From Amphiscolops sp. MND2022 (taxonomy: Eukaryota): 64,000 nt of DNA. The position numbers were made by a program, and so were the translations under genes. Position 1 is the stretch's first letter; each line of letters begins with the position of its first letter. The notes under the pieces were generated by a model, which ran no database searches, was not told the origin of the DNA, and saw only the letters and a program-made list of their open reading frames with translations. Shown piece by piece: positions 1 through 12,869 of this stretch. Location: assembly GCA_964187785.1 (NCBI GenBank), contig OZ076409.1, forward strand, positions 41,292,001-41,356,000, read 5' to 3'.

Positions 1-2300
1 CTGGAAAGTTCTACTACAACGGACGCCCACTCCGAAGAATTTTTTGAGAAGGTTCCATTTCAAAGTGAAACATTTTTTTAATTCTGCTGTTCTATCAGTA
101 ACAAATGTAGACCAATTTTTTACTTCTCTATTCAAAAAACTTAGAACAATGGTACAATCAGTCCACGCGATTGTCTTGTCAATTTTTAAATCCATTCGTT
201 ATAATGGTTTAACTACTGATGATGAAGCGCAACTATCCATTTCAATCTTTCCAGTTTAACCAAGTCTTCCAAGGTTACGTGGGTGACTTTGAGATCGTCA
301 GGATATACAAAGAACGTCTCGATCACGTTTCTGTGATTCGACTTGACGACACAATTTAGCTACGTCTGCTGACATTGCTATATTGAAAAAACGTTCTCGT
401 TTTATACAATTGAATAAAATGCATTGATGTATTGAGCTCATCATTAGGCAATCATATAGAGAGAAGCCATTTATTGTTTCTGCACTTCCATCAAAAACAA
501 CGCGCAGTTTCGACGAGAACTGGCTCCCTTGAACACGCAATGATGAGGAAGATAAAATAGCTGATGTTTGTTAAATTCGCTGTTTGGCGTTTTCTCTAGG
601 TGTCTTCACTCAAAATGATCGTTTAGAAGTCTGAGTACCTCTTGTGCAACTCAGGATCACGTATAAGTTTTCCCTCTTCCTGAGATTGAAAACCGTCGTT
701 GCATAGCCAGGTTTTCACTCAAATCGAGTATCGACTGGCCCCTTTGAAAAGCTTTCAAATGACAAGCCGACCATCGTGATTGTGTTTTGTTGTAGACAAA
801 AACTGTTTATCACCATGGTTTTCGTCAACAAATTCAGTAGACGCCTGCATCATGTCAAAAGTGCTGGCGACGTTAAACTGGGGTCGGTCTTGTTCCAATT
901 TCTGACGAGCCGCAATTGTGAAATGACGATTTTGTTTAACAGAATGAGATGTTGAATCTTCGGTGAAAACAGATAAACGTCCACTGAGTCGTTGAGCTTC
1001 GCAGCTGGCAACTGATTGATTCTTGCGTGGTAACAGTACCAAATGGTGTCAAAGTAGTGCATGTCATTTTGGTAGGTAACATTGGTGCATGAGACTTATC
1101 ATTGATGATAAAACTAGCTTGTGATCCGGAGTCCATGCATTGTACAGGTTTTTCGCATTTAGCAAGCTGAAAACGTTCCCTAGCAAACGCAAACAAGTTT
1201 TTGGATCCGGTGCATACATGTACTTCATGCTCAAGATCGCAATCAGAAAAAGTACCCACAGAATGCGATTGTGTTTTTTTCTTTCAAGGAGACTGATTGC
1301 TGGGTTAGGAAACAACATGACCAGTTTCGAGAACACCCTTCTTGTATCCAGAATTTTTGCTGACTCCGCCCAGGTGAACAAATCAGATCCGTACTGATCC
1401 ATTTAGCCTTGCTTTCTTGACTAAAAACGTGTGCCAATGTCCAACAAGTTGACCCAAATCAGCCAAGCTTTCAGGTGCTCGTGTATATGTTCCAAGATCT
1501 TCCGCAGGCCAGATGACAGCTCCATTTTCACTAAAGGTTTCGACCAAAACTGTTTGCAGATGCGCGTGGACGATGCTGCGTTTGTACTCGTAACGTTCCT
1601 CAAACAGTTGACTTGCAATTGGATAATTGATAAATGTTACGGTGTGGAACTAATCATTTTCGCCTTCCACGTGAGCTCGGAGGTTTTTTGATTTTTCAAA
1701 CTTGGTCAACTGTGAATTGGAATCAACAGACACCTTCAACAAATCGATGACGGAGATCCAATTCATGTAGGAGCCTGTAAAAAACTATATCCGTTTTGGG
1801 GAGTCTAACTTTACTCGTATTGCCACCGGATGATTCATAACGGGGAGAATTATCTAATTTTTCTAAAGACTTGTGATAATTGCTAATCAGAGCTAAAAGT
1901 GGATCTACAGTAATACTAGTGTTATTGTCGAGAACAGCAGAGGTCTCCAATTTTTCGACCACATCTTCGAATAACTATTTCATTTCACGATCCCAACGAT
2001 GAATGTCTAATGACTTATCTTTCAAAGTACAGCATAAGGCTTCAGTTTCACATAAACAGTTAGAATCGTCAAATGGATGACCCAAGAATTCATCAAATTC
2101 TCTATTCAGACGCGTGAAAGCCGCTCTTTGTTCACCATGGACAACATCTTGGTTAAGCTTTCCAGACATAAATGATTGTTGAATCGAGTTTTCGTTCGAA
2201 AATGTGGTGAATGGTAACTTTGATCAACTGAATTGTTAGGTTAGTTGTATCGGTGAAAACCGATAGGCCAGTGAGTAGGTAATGTCTAGAAACCACAGTA
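1..2300 (-). mobile_element. Degenerate BEL/Pao LTR retrotransposon (gag-protease-RT-RNaseH remnants, internally deleted)
   Basis: Minus-strand frames give Pao motifs: YLPHHCVFK / KLRVVFDGSAET..GFSLYDCL / IAMSADVAKLCRQV (ORF 298-540), DRPQFNVASTFDMM and TTKHNHDGRLVI (755-1042), and WTDCTIVL near 150-175. Many stops and frameshifts. Confidence 0.85.
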
Positions 2301-4561
2301 CATCAGTAAGATACTAACCGGTGTCGTCAGGTTTAGATTACACTTTGTAAACTTTTTTTCTTCAGCAAGCGTCGTTTACGTTGGGATAGGTTTTGGATTT
2401 TGCGTCGGGTGTTTTTGGATTGCGCTTGCAGATGATGACTATTTTGCAGGACAATGGACGAAGATTTCAACTCAAGTAATGATGAAGCAGAACTTTGCTG
2501 TATTCCAACAAATGCGAAAAACTCCGCTGCTTTATCCTTGAGGTGAGATTTTTTGTATCTCCTAAGGATTACAGTTTTTCGCAGAGTGCTAAAGATATTG
2601 GGCGCTCCTGTTCTGTGACAGTGAATAAATGCAAAAATGCAACTTCTATAGCCTTCAAGTATTCCCACTCAGGCTCTTGGATGTAGTGCTTTATAAAAGT
2701 TAGACTTGTGTTTTGTCAAGGTGTTTTCGAAAAAAATGTCGTGCCGCAAAATAAGATTGCTTTTGCCCCTCAAACGAGCCATCATTCAAAAAGAATTGAA
2801 TGGATTTCATTTCAAAATTGATGTTTGGGGTATTGGGTGCTATTCTGCCCAGCTGAATGATAACATTTTATACAACATCTTGGTAAATTCTACAGGATTC
2901 ATCCATTCAATCTTATTAAAAACAGGCAAGCCTGACTTTCAACCTGACTTTCAATACAATCAAAAAGGAGAAAACCAAAAAAAATATTCGACCTTGCATA
3001 CAAAAATCAACAATTGCAAAATGTTCTTGATACTGTTCCCAGAGTTTCAGGAATCTCCATGATAAAAAATCATTTTCTGGTATTTTGAAAAGAATTATCT
3101 TTTGAGCATAAAATCAAGTATGGCGCATATAATGAAAGAACAGCTTTCGGGAGTTTATGAATTATGGGAGAAAATTCTTGGCTCCAGTTAGATCAATGTG
3201 ATCGGTACAGATTGCGAAATGCGCACTGGATGGCAAAACAGAGCCTAAAAATGCAAAAAGTCACTTTTTCGTCAGATTTCATGCAGTTTTTATCCCAAAT
3301 TGCGAAGATGCACCAATCCATCGATGGCAGGTCTAAGCGGGTTAACTTTTTTAGTCTCAAAATGAATATTTTGGTCGTGATCAAACGACTATGCTCAAAG
3401 CCTATAACGAATGTATACATGTTGATGAAAATGATTTTAATGAAAATGTTTTTGAAAATAGTTAATCAAAGGTGTCTTCGATTGCATTGCGCTTTATAAT
3501 CATCCACAGCGGTGGAAAAATCCAAATTTTGCCAATATGTGTAGCCATCGATTAAAAAAATTCAATATGAAAAATATATATATTCCCAAAACTAGAATGT
3601 ACATAACAGCGAAAAATTAATTAAAAACGTATCCAGAACTATTCGTTTTTTCATATCCAGTCACAATCCAAGTTTGCTGGACAAAAGATCTTTTGGTCTG
3701 ACAGAAAAAATGTGGTGCAACTTTTGCTAAATTATTCAGTGTCTCAGAAAAACAAATGGTTTGTCTCTACATTCACTATGGTCTGCTTCACTTTTACCAC
3801 ATGTTCGCTTTCTGAACATATGTGCGTGACGAAAATGCGAAGTTTCGAAACGAAGTGCTCTCACAAGCTTTTGCTAGTCGAATATTGAAGAAACGTCTCA
3901 GACAACGTTTAGAGAATTTGTTGCTGAAAAACCACTTTCGCTTTAACAACGAAAAACAATTATTAAACATTGAAGATTTTCACGACACACTAAAACACTT
4001 TAATTCGTGCGGTCAATGCATAAATACACGTTAAATATGACATACATATACTTCTTTGGACCTTCAAAAATTTTTTGAGTCGGTTTTCACAAAGAATCAC
4101 TTCTCAAGAATTATTTCATCTGATTGTTACCATTACTTTTATTTAGCTCGCAATATTCCAAAATTACCACTTTCCATTTTGGTCTTCTAAACTTATGTAG
4201 AGATGACACTGTGAGATGACAAGGGTTAATTGCCAAGGGTCTGTTTATTAGTTTATCTACAAGATGTTGCATAACCTCGTAAGTTTTTTGTGCGGTATTG
4301 GAACAAATTTAAATATCTATATTCTCGACGTTAGAATTTTTGTCGTAGGAAATTTTGTCGTTTTAGCAAATCCAGAAGTTTCATCGTTTCATCGTCAGAT
4401 TATCAACGAAAAGATATATTTTGAATTATTCACTTAACTAATTATTAAAATGAGATCTAGAAAACAAGTTTCATTTTAACACCAAAAGTGAGTCAAAAAG
4501 GTATTTGTATTCAATCAGACGCTTATTGACTAACGGTATAATTTCACTCCCGAACGAGCTA

Positions 4562-4736
4562 CAGTTGAATCGGACTAATTCGTATCGCTAGGGACCGAAG
4601 AAAACAGTACGAATGATGAGAATTACGAATTAACCGGGTGATATTACTTTGGTCGTCGCGAAAAGGGGGGTCTCAGATACATACGAGTTAAACGACGATC
4701 CGAATTATCCGGATACGAATTAACCGGAATTGACTA
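4562..4736. mobile_element. Tc1/mariner (pogo/Tigger-like) MITE, ~175 bp
   Basis: Imperfect TIRs cagttgaatcggactaattcgtatc ... gatacgaattaaccggaattgacta, flanked by TA on both sides (4560-61, 4737-38). Confidence 0.6.
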
Positions 4737-5039
4737 TATTCATTTCAACCGATGATCAGTTCAACCCAGTGAAAGATGAAAAAGTGCAACACGAAAAAAC
4801 TTTGAAGATTCACACCATATTGGGTAATTTTAAACAAAGCGCTGATAGTGTTTTATTTCATGTCAATCATTCAAAAGGAGGCTCACTTTTTTGTTGCTCA
4901 TTTCAATTTACGGCGGAAAAAATTTGCATAAAATCAGGAATTAAGTATTTATATTACACTTGTTCCAGGTGTCAATTTTCTTTTTTGTCGGAAAAATACT
5001 TGAAAATCCCGTTAATTTTTGCTGAAAGTAGTCAATGAC

Positions 5040-6800
5040 AGCAAATATTGCACATTTAACGATAATTATTAACACTCTTCAATAATAGACGATTCCTAAA
5101 AAATTAGATGAAATGTAACGTTTTGTAGAACGTAATTACAGACGACGAATATAATATACATGTAAAAATTAAGGGAGATTTTTCACCCATTCCAACAAAG
5201 CTGGTTGGAAAACATTGAAAACTCATAAAAATGATGACGTCAGGTTCCAGGATTACCCAGAACTAGATAGCTTGAACGAACTTTTTGCTACTATAGGGTG
5301 GCGTCGGTCATCCAAATTACAAATGAAAAACTTGATTTTCAACATGCCAGCTAACGAAACTCTATGGTCATTTTTCCCACGGACCAACTAGAAATCGGGA
5401 AAATCATCTCAAATTAGAAAAACAAGAAAAGTCGCGGACACGACTGTATTAGTAAAGAAACTCTCGAACGCTGTTCGCCAATGGTTGCACCATATCTAGC
5501 TGGTGCTTTCAACAGAGCAATAGAAGAGTCTAAATTTCCAAATTCGTTTAAAATTGCAGAAATTACTCCGCTATTCAAAAGGGCGATAGAGCTAAATTGG
5601 AACACTACTGCCAGATTAAGTTATTGAGTTCCCTTAGGAAAGTTTTTGAAAGTCAATAACCTTCTGAGGAGCTATTTAGGTGAACGTGCTCAATGCATCA
5701 GTATATCCGGCGAAACTACCAGCTGTCAAAAAATTGAAACTGGCGTACCACAAAGGTCAATGCTAGGGCCATTAGTGTTTATAATTTACATCAATGATAT
5801 AACGAAATGTGATATCAACTGCAAGATAGTATTTTTTGCAGACGACACCAGGATATTGGAAACGAATCGGAAAAGAGATACGGGGAGTCAACAAGATGTA
5901 AACGAGTTAATCAATTGGTACATAGCCAACAAACTCTTTGTCAACCTGAATAAATGTGAAATCTTGCCTTTCGGTTCAGGAAAACGAGAACAAATCCAAA
6001 TGATGAATAATACCATACCATACAAAAAGTCGTGGACATATTTAGGCATTCACTAAGATAGTTCGTTAAGATTCAAACATCATAATGATTATGTAGTGAA
6101 AAATTTGAACAAATTTTGTGGTCTCATCTATAAAATTCGACATCTTTACGACCAAAAATGCATTTTAATGTTCTACAACTCGTTTGCAAAAACTGTTATC
6201 TGTCATTGTTTAGTGATTCACGGCACAGCTGTAAATAGCAATTTGGGAAAAATAGAAATGGCCCAGCGACGTTTCCTTAGAGCAATTTTTTTTCAAACGA
6301 AAGTACGATTCTTTAGTGAACATTTTGCGGCAAAATCTAATTCTTTATGTCTCTGAACTCTATTTAGTTGAACTCATCAAAAAATTCCCAGTCTCAAAAA
6401 AACCCAACAAATTTTCTGTCCCAACTTAAAAGCGTTGTTAATAGGATCATAACCACAAGGTTTCAATGAAATTATTCATTACCACTGGCTACACGACGTA
6501 GGTTAATTAAAAGAAAATGCTTTCAAAATGCACTTTACTAAAGTTACAATTGGCTAAGTCAATTCAATCTTTTACCCTGTGACATGCATTTGATGACCAA
6601 ATCACAAATACATACCTATATAAAAAGACTAGAAATACTCTACATCGTTGATAATCATCAACTTCTCAAACGGTTTCCTAAGTGTCTCCGTATTCAATGC
6701 ATCGATGTCTCGAAAAAGTGTGCCTTTTTAATTGATTCTCCGGGGTGAGAACTCGAAGAGCTACTAAGCCTCTTTCTCATCCTTATTGGATATTTTATAT
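5040..6800 (+). mobile_element. Degenerate CR1/L2-group non-LTR retrotransposon (RT and C-terminal region)
   Basis: Translates to KNKKSRGHDCIS..FPNSFKIAEITPLFK, GVPQRSMLGPLVFIIYIND, FFADDT, NLNKCEILPF, YLGIH*DSSLRF (ORFs 5646-6056, 6096-6356). There is an internal deletion in RT. Confidence 0.85.
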
Positions 6801-7139
6801 ACAAAGTGATTCTTTACTTGATATGTTTTGCTTTTAATATATTTTAAACTTCCAACTTTCAGCTGGTTGATGTGAGTTCATATTGCGAAGTGTATGGCTC
6901 ACAGAAATTCCGGCACGGTGTTCCGCTGCCGTTTTTGCTTTATCAGTTCTAGTTCGTTACGGCATAACATTCTTTTTGTTATATGAATAAATTAAACTTA
7001 CCGCTGTTTTAACTTGCTGCTTTGCTGAGCCGACCCTGGAATTGTAAAATCAAAATCTTTTGGTAGTTTTTTGTCATTAGACCTATCAAATCATAGTATC
7101 CCTTTGCATGTTTAAAATACTTGGTTCATGTGAACCTTG

Positions 7140-8060
7140 AGCAGGGCGCCCACTTGGGCTCTTCCCGGCTTGTTTGGTTGACTCGTTCATTGTAAGGTCA
7201 TGTTTGCGTAGTAACCGTTTTCCCGTAATTCATCATTTTTTGATCTGGCTGAACACTCATGCTGTTCTGACCAATTTGGTACATCACAATTCAAGCAATC
7301 CGTTGTTTATTCTCCAAATGCAAGTGCAGCGGATTCATATGTTTCTCTCTGAATGCCAAAACACCTGCTCAGCAGTGGAATCTGTTCCTTTCAAGAGTAT
7401 TTCGTTTGTTGAATGTGTTGCAAGTCTTTTTTCGAACGGCTTTTGCCATCTCTGTTATAGCAGACTCATCCAAATGAAATCTGTCTTCAAGTCTTCTAGT
7501 TTGTTCTCGTTCTTCGTTAGAATTTACTTAGAGCTCATTCACTCAACTGATACGGCTCAACTGATTCAGTTTTTCTTTCACTAGATTGGGGGTTCAACAA
7601 CGCCGCAATTTGAAAACTCTTTGTCACCCTGTCAAATAGAGGAGGTTTAGTTTTCTCAGCGAATTCGTGCGTTGGCAGCAGAGTCCACGAAAATAAGTCA
7701 AACACATGTTCAAAGCTGTCATTTAAAATTACTCCTTTTTAACTCAGCCCAATGGTCGACATTTTGGTATGCTGCAAACCTGTGGAAAACACGTCTCAGG
7801 ATACGACTCGTCAAAAATAACTCCCTGGAAACAACTGGATTCGTCGATTATTCATTAGATGCAAACTTTCTATATGAAATCGTTGTCTTTTGCCTCTTTA
7901 TAAATTGAGTGAATCTTCGCCAGCACAATTTTGTGCTGTTTGCATTTGTCTGTTCCAAGAAGGGATTTGTATCATTTTGATCGTCTGTTCCACAGACCGC
8001 GTATTTAGCTCACTGACTTGAGTATTATCTCTGATACCTGAAAGGACGCTCTCTACGTTT
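7140..8060 (-). mobile_element. Highly degenerate Gypsy-like pol remnant (RT/RNaseH to integrase zinc-finger region)
   Basis: Broken minus frames resemble ILLKG..LHL.HL.. (integrase H2C2 region) and the RT IID.S segment. Motif recognition only. Confidence 0.45.
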
Positions 8061-8065
8061 CCGTC

Positions 8066-8599
8066 TTTTTTAGTCGGCGCCTTTTCCCGTAAGGAAAAAA
8101 GCCCGAATAATACAGTGGGTAGTTTTTCTTCTTTTTCAGCCTACAATCTCACTCTGAATGGTCCACTTTTCTTACAATCTTTGTTCATTTGTTCAATTTT
8201 CTGAGAAGCCGGAGATCGTGGGTTCGATTCTCGCACTAAACCACAAATTTCTTATGCTTCCAAAAGTAGATGCGAGGCCAAAGATTTTTTTGTTTGATTT
8301 TTTTCGTTTGGTTTTTTTCGGCACTATGCGACTTTTTTTTCGAAAATTTTCGGATCTATCAAAGGGTACCCCCTTGCATTTTTTTGAAGTTTTCGGTTTC
8401 TAAAAACGTTTAATGAGCCTGTATGGCCTCTTTTTGAGTTTTTCGGCATTGTGCGACTTTTTTTAAAACAATTTTCGAGAAAAAAAATTCAAAAAATTTT
8501 TTTGGAAAAAAATAGTTTTTCCAATTACTTCCAATAGGTGTTCCTTGAATATTTTTGAGCCTTAGATATGGCGCCGACTTGAGACGATCCCGTCTTGTT
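8066..8599 (+). mobile_element. Helentron-like non-autonomous element (HINE), copy A
   Basis: Subterminal inverted repeats agtcggcgc (8072-80) / gcgccgact (8571-79), a 3' stem-loop followed by cttgtt, T-rich ends, and internal ~60-bp repeats (ttttcggcact.tgcgacttttt). Confidence 0.6.
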
Positions 8600-8984
8600 C
8601 TAAATAACTTAGGTTTAAAAACTTCAACTGAGAGATGATTACTTCACTGTGCCATAATGTAAAATTACTTTTCAGCTCCAAAGATTGTATTGTTCTCAGC
8701 TAGTTTACCGTCATTTGTTTTTAAATTCAAAAGTAATATACCGAATCAAAATTTTCAACTCTTCTTTTAAGATTGATTTGAATTATTTGGTTTGAGTAGT
8801 GAGTGAATCGTGTTATTAGTTGGCGATTCATGAAGTGAAACGCCGCGACTATACTAAAGACTTTTTTTCAATCCACACTGATTAAAATAGTTCTACAAAG
8901 TTCTACGAAATTTTAAGGTGCCAAATTGGACACAAGGAACTGAATTATAAAATTGTTTTTTTTCAGCGTAACATACAATACCGG

Positions 8985-9370
8985 GCGAGGCTAAAGGTTC
9001 ACCCCTCTCATTTTTTTCGGCATTGTTAGACTTTTCTCGATTATTTTTTCTCCAAAGTGTCCGCATTCATTTTTTTGATGTTTTGTGACAGAATGGATGA
9101 TGAAAATTCCGAAAGGGTCAATCCCTTTAGCGGGCTAGGGGCCAGCGCTAGCGGGCCTCCAGCGGGCCAATTCGGTCCAATTTTTGGGTATTTATAGACG
9201 GACGCTGAGTGTGTAAGACTAGAGAAAGAATTACGTTTATTAACCATTTGCTATATTGCTGCTACTATTGCTTTCACGCTTCAGTAAATTTTAACAATAA
9301 CATTCTTTGCATATTTTAGAATTTAAAAAAAACTGAACAGGGCACCGACTTCGGCCAGTCCTAGCTTGTT
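8985..9370 (+). mobile_element. HINE-like element, related subfamily, 3' part
   Basis: 3' end ggcaccgacttcggccagtcctagcttgtt (9341-9370) and an internal ttttttcggcattgttagact motif shared with copy A. Confidence 0.5.
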
Positions 9371-9889
9371 GACACCTTCTTCTTGGGGGTGGGGTGAGTT
9401 GTGCCTTTAGTTTTCAGCACTATTCGACATTTTTTTCTGAAATGTTTTTCTGCCCCTTTGATTTTTGAAGCAAACTGCTTGGTGAACATACAGGGCCCCC
9501 TCAATGGTTTTCGGCTCAGTGCGACGTACGGAAAACAATCAGAAATTATTTTTGGTTTCCTGAGATTTTCTATTCAGCAAAACTATTTTCAGTGTCTTAA
9601 GAGTTGTTTCTCTTTGGTTGCTTTTTAGTTCTGTGGAACTAATGAGAGTTTTTTCAAAATAGAAGGAAGAGACCTACGGTGCTACTATTTTATACGAATT
9701 CTCTTTTTCTTCGCTAGAAGATCGCTGCTTGGGTTTTTCAATAATTTCAGTTCAGTTGCTGAAAAGCGTTTCTCGTATATGACGTTTCCCATTCGTATTT
9801 CAATGGATGCGAAGCTGTCGGTGTATGAAAAACCAACTGTTCGCTCATCTTGAAAGGATTGTCTCACTGCTACCGGAATTGGCGAAGAA

Positions 9890-10170
9890 ATTACACGATA
9901 TAAATTTTGAAAAAAAAAACAATCGTGACCCATTTCTATAACATTTCAACTAGCTCAGAAATATCGCGAAAAAACTAGCGTTGACGGTTTCAATAATATT
10001 TCAGTTCACTCAGAAATATTGTGAAAAAAAATAACAAGCGTGACCTATTTCTATAAAATTTCAGCTCACATAGAAATAGTGTACACAGAAATAGTGTTAA
10101 AGAAAACGGCCTGGCTTGTTTTTTCACGTGCAAAAAACAAGCCAGGCCGTTTTCTATAACATTTCAGCTG
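9890..10170. repeat. Degenerate ~60-bp tandem repeats with an embedded 21-bp-arm perfect hairpin (10104-10152)
   Basis: Repeated atttctataacatttca(a/g)ct..cagaaatat. Arms aaacggcctggcttgtttttt / aaaaaacaagccaggccgttt surround the loop cacgtgc. Confidence 0.6.
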
Positions 10171-10937
10171 ACGCAGCTAAAACAAAAAACAAACACCCTT
10201 CTTTTATCCATAAGTGGAATCTGATAGGCTTAGTGCATTGAACTACAGTAATGATTCTAGAAGAAGCAACATAGCACGCGGAAAGAACCTAAATTTGGTC
10301 AAAAATGGACTATCGTAACTTCTACAATTTTCATCGCATATTCTTCAAACAAACATATTTGTAAACTAGATGAAAATCTAAGAAACCTTTCACTTTTATC
10401 TTTTTTTTTCAAAAATGGCTGCTGTTTTAGAGATATCCGATTTTGAAATTGGCCTTTTGTTGCTTTTAGAAATATCACTACTGTACTTCATCTACTTTCT
10501 TTCGGCTAGCAAGTTTTGATTTATAATTGCTGCATTTACCATTTTAATAAAGCTTAACTGAAGTAAATAGTTAGTTTACACTATTTGATTTTTCATACTT
10601 CCTTGTAGCCTTTGTAGGTATATTTCTCTTGTCATTTCACTCTGGATAATTCGCTCCTATTGTGATATAATCAAATTTATTTTCGAAACAAAAGTTACTT
10701 AAAATTATTCTTTATCTTCTTCTCTCTTCGTTATCTCTTACACATTCCGCCCACGTGTGAAATACCTTCAAGTTTGCTTTGTTTTTGACAACTTCAATGT
10801 GTGAAAACCCATCTCTTTTTTCCCGGTTTTATCATCAATTCACAGTGTAAAAAGATCTCTAATGGCCCAAGTTAGTGGTATCCCAGAAGATGTTTCGCTG
10901 TTCTACAAAGAATTGGATGAGTTCAAATTACATTTAC

Positions 10938-11435
10938 CCGGTAACAAGTTGAAGCCTTTCTGCTGTGATGAAACTTTGCTAGAAATGACCGCGAAACAGT
11001 ATCCAAAATGGAGAAACCAGGGTTGAAAAACAGCTTTTTCGCACGATTATTCATCAAAACAACTCCTAACAATACATCGTTAATTAATTGCAATACATCG
11101 TTAATTAATTGCAAATAATTAATGTGAGACTCTGCTTCAAAAAACTCAAAAAGCGTCACAAATTGTCCGAAATTCTTCTCACAAGAGAAAACGAACTCAA
11201 AAACTGTGTTGATTTCATCTGAAGAAATTGCGTGATGATCAGGTTTCTCCGTTGTGAAAAATAATTTCGTGATGAAGTCAAGCATGGAAACAATTTTACG
11301 CAAACCTAAAGTTGATATTAGAGACTGTTTGTCAACAGTATGCGTATAGCTTCTGGAAAAATGTGGTTCATTGCTTTCCAACCTATCGCGATGTAAGCTT
11401 TTGATATGAATTTCGTGAAATTCAAGCATCACAAA
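10938..11435 (-). CDS. Putative orphan coding exon (166 codons, phase 0-0), unknown helical protein
   Basis: ORF 10923-11432 is bounded by an in-frame acceptor ttttaacag| (11436-37) and donor |gtaaat (10937). It contains an in-frame 21-bp duplication (LQLINDV x2). No family recognised. Confidence 0.4.
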
Positions 11436-12689
11436 CTGTTAAAACTGCCGGCTCAACCCGGACACACCCCTCTCGAATGCCGTAGTACCATCGTGCTACA
11501 TTCGCTGCATGATAACGCCTAAATTGGCACGAGTCGGATTACGATTGACGTGATGTCGTAGTAAAGTTTTACTATGAAACGCATGATATGACACATGGTA
11601 TTGGCAAGCTCCGGGAAGCTTACACAGGTTACATGAATGGGAGGAACCTAAAGAAATAGGGCTTCATTGCAAGAGCTCCAAACGACCAACAGGTCCAATT
11701 AACTTCTCTTGGGTACTGTCCCTTTGTTCCGAGGAAAATATCGCCTCATTTGATTAACCTCCGACCTATACCTTTACTGTTGAAGTCCTTTACTGTTGAA
11801 GGCAACTGAGCCTCTCCAGAACCACCGTTTTGATAGTTTTTAAAAACACATGCTAGGACAATATAGTGTCAATTTCCAGGATACCTTAGTAACATGGTCT
11901 ACAATGCCCAGAAAGCTCACGAGCTCAGGTTAGAGTCACATTCAATATTCAGTACAGCAAAACATTAAAATGACAATATTTAGCACAACTAATCAAATGC
12001 GTCTCAAATGACGTCGATAGTGAGTACTTCGGAAAAGCTACTCAATTATGCGGTGCTGTAATCGCTGAATGAAGCAGCATTCTGCTGAAATCCAAAGAAC
12101 ATACACTTAAACTGCAACTTCAGCAGCTGTTAATAGAGTCCACATTTGTCGAAAGAAGTTCGCAAGTTATGCTCAAAACTGACGCCACCTTTGCTGCAAA
12201 GATTTTCGCATGAATGGGTGCTTAAAGGAGAATGAAGCTGCAAACTACACTGCATGAATGAGTGAAAAATGCCAATGACAAATCAGCAAAAGGCAACGTA
12301 ATTCAACACACAACGTTACGAAACGACGCCGAGCCAAAACGTAATGAAATTAACTAAAATCTTGAGTGGAAGGAATAAACAACCGGCCACTATCCTACAC
12401 CACAGTAACAAAAATTTTTGCTAAAAAACCAAAATTAAAACATTATACACAATACAGAAGTAATTTTATCAACGTCTGATATTTTCAGTTGTCATTTGTA
12501 AATCACCAGTGACCTCACTTATAGCACTACATATAACTCACTTCATTATATAGTTATTATCAGTGTAGTGGAATTATTTTTTTTCTGGATTTTTAACTTC
12601 GTTTACGTACAATGTAATATTTAAAGAACGATGGTGACATACCATCATCACTCTAGCAATAACGCCACATGACGACAAAATTATGCAGT

Positions 12690-12840
12690 AACAGCTAACA
12701 TGCGTATTCAAAACAGTGAAAAAGCGCAATGCTACTGGAAAATGCCGTCACATGACGTGGTTCCGTGACCAACATTGGACATTGGTAACAAAAAAGCAGG
12801 TGCTAAAGAGTGCGCAATAGCAAAAGTGGTACGTGCATGA
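12690..12840. repeat. Dispersed repeat copy (related to 31740-31870)
   Basis: aacatgc.tattca..cagt.aaa.agcgcaat.ctactgga.aatg.cgtcacat.acgtg is shared by both sites, roughly 75-80% identical by eye. Confidence 0.6.
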
Positions 12841-12869
12841 AATCAGTTGTTGGCAGCATTGACTGAATT

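Noticed and set aside
2333-4034. Possible Mutator/FAR1-type transposase remnant on the minus strand
   Set aside because: Protein-like fragments exist, but there are too many stops and no catalytic motif could be recognised.
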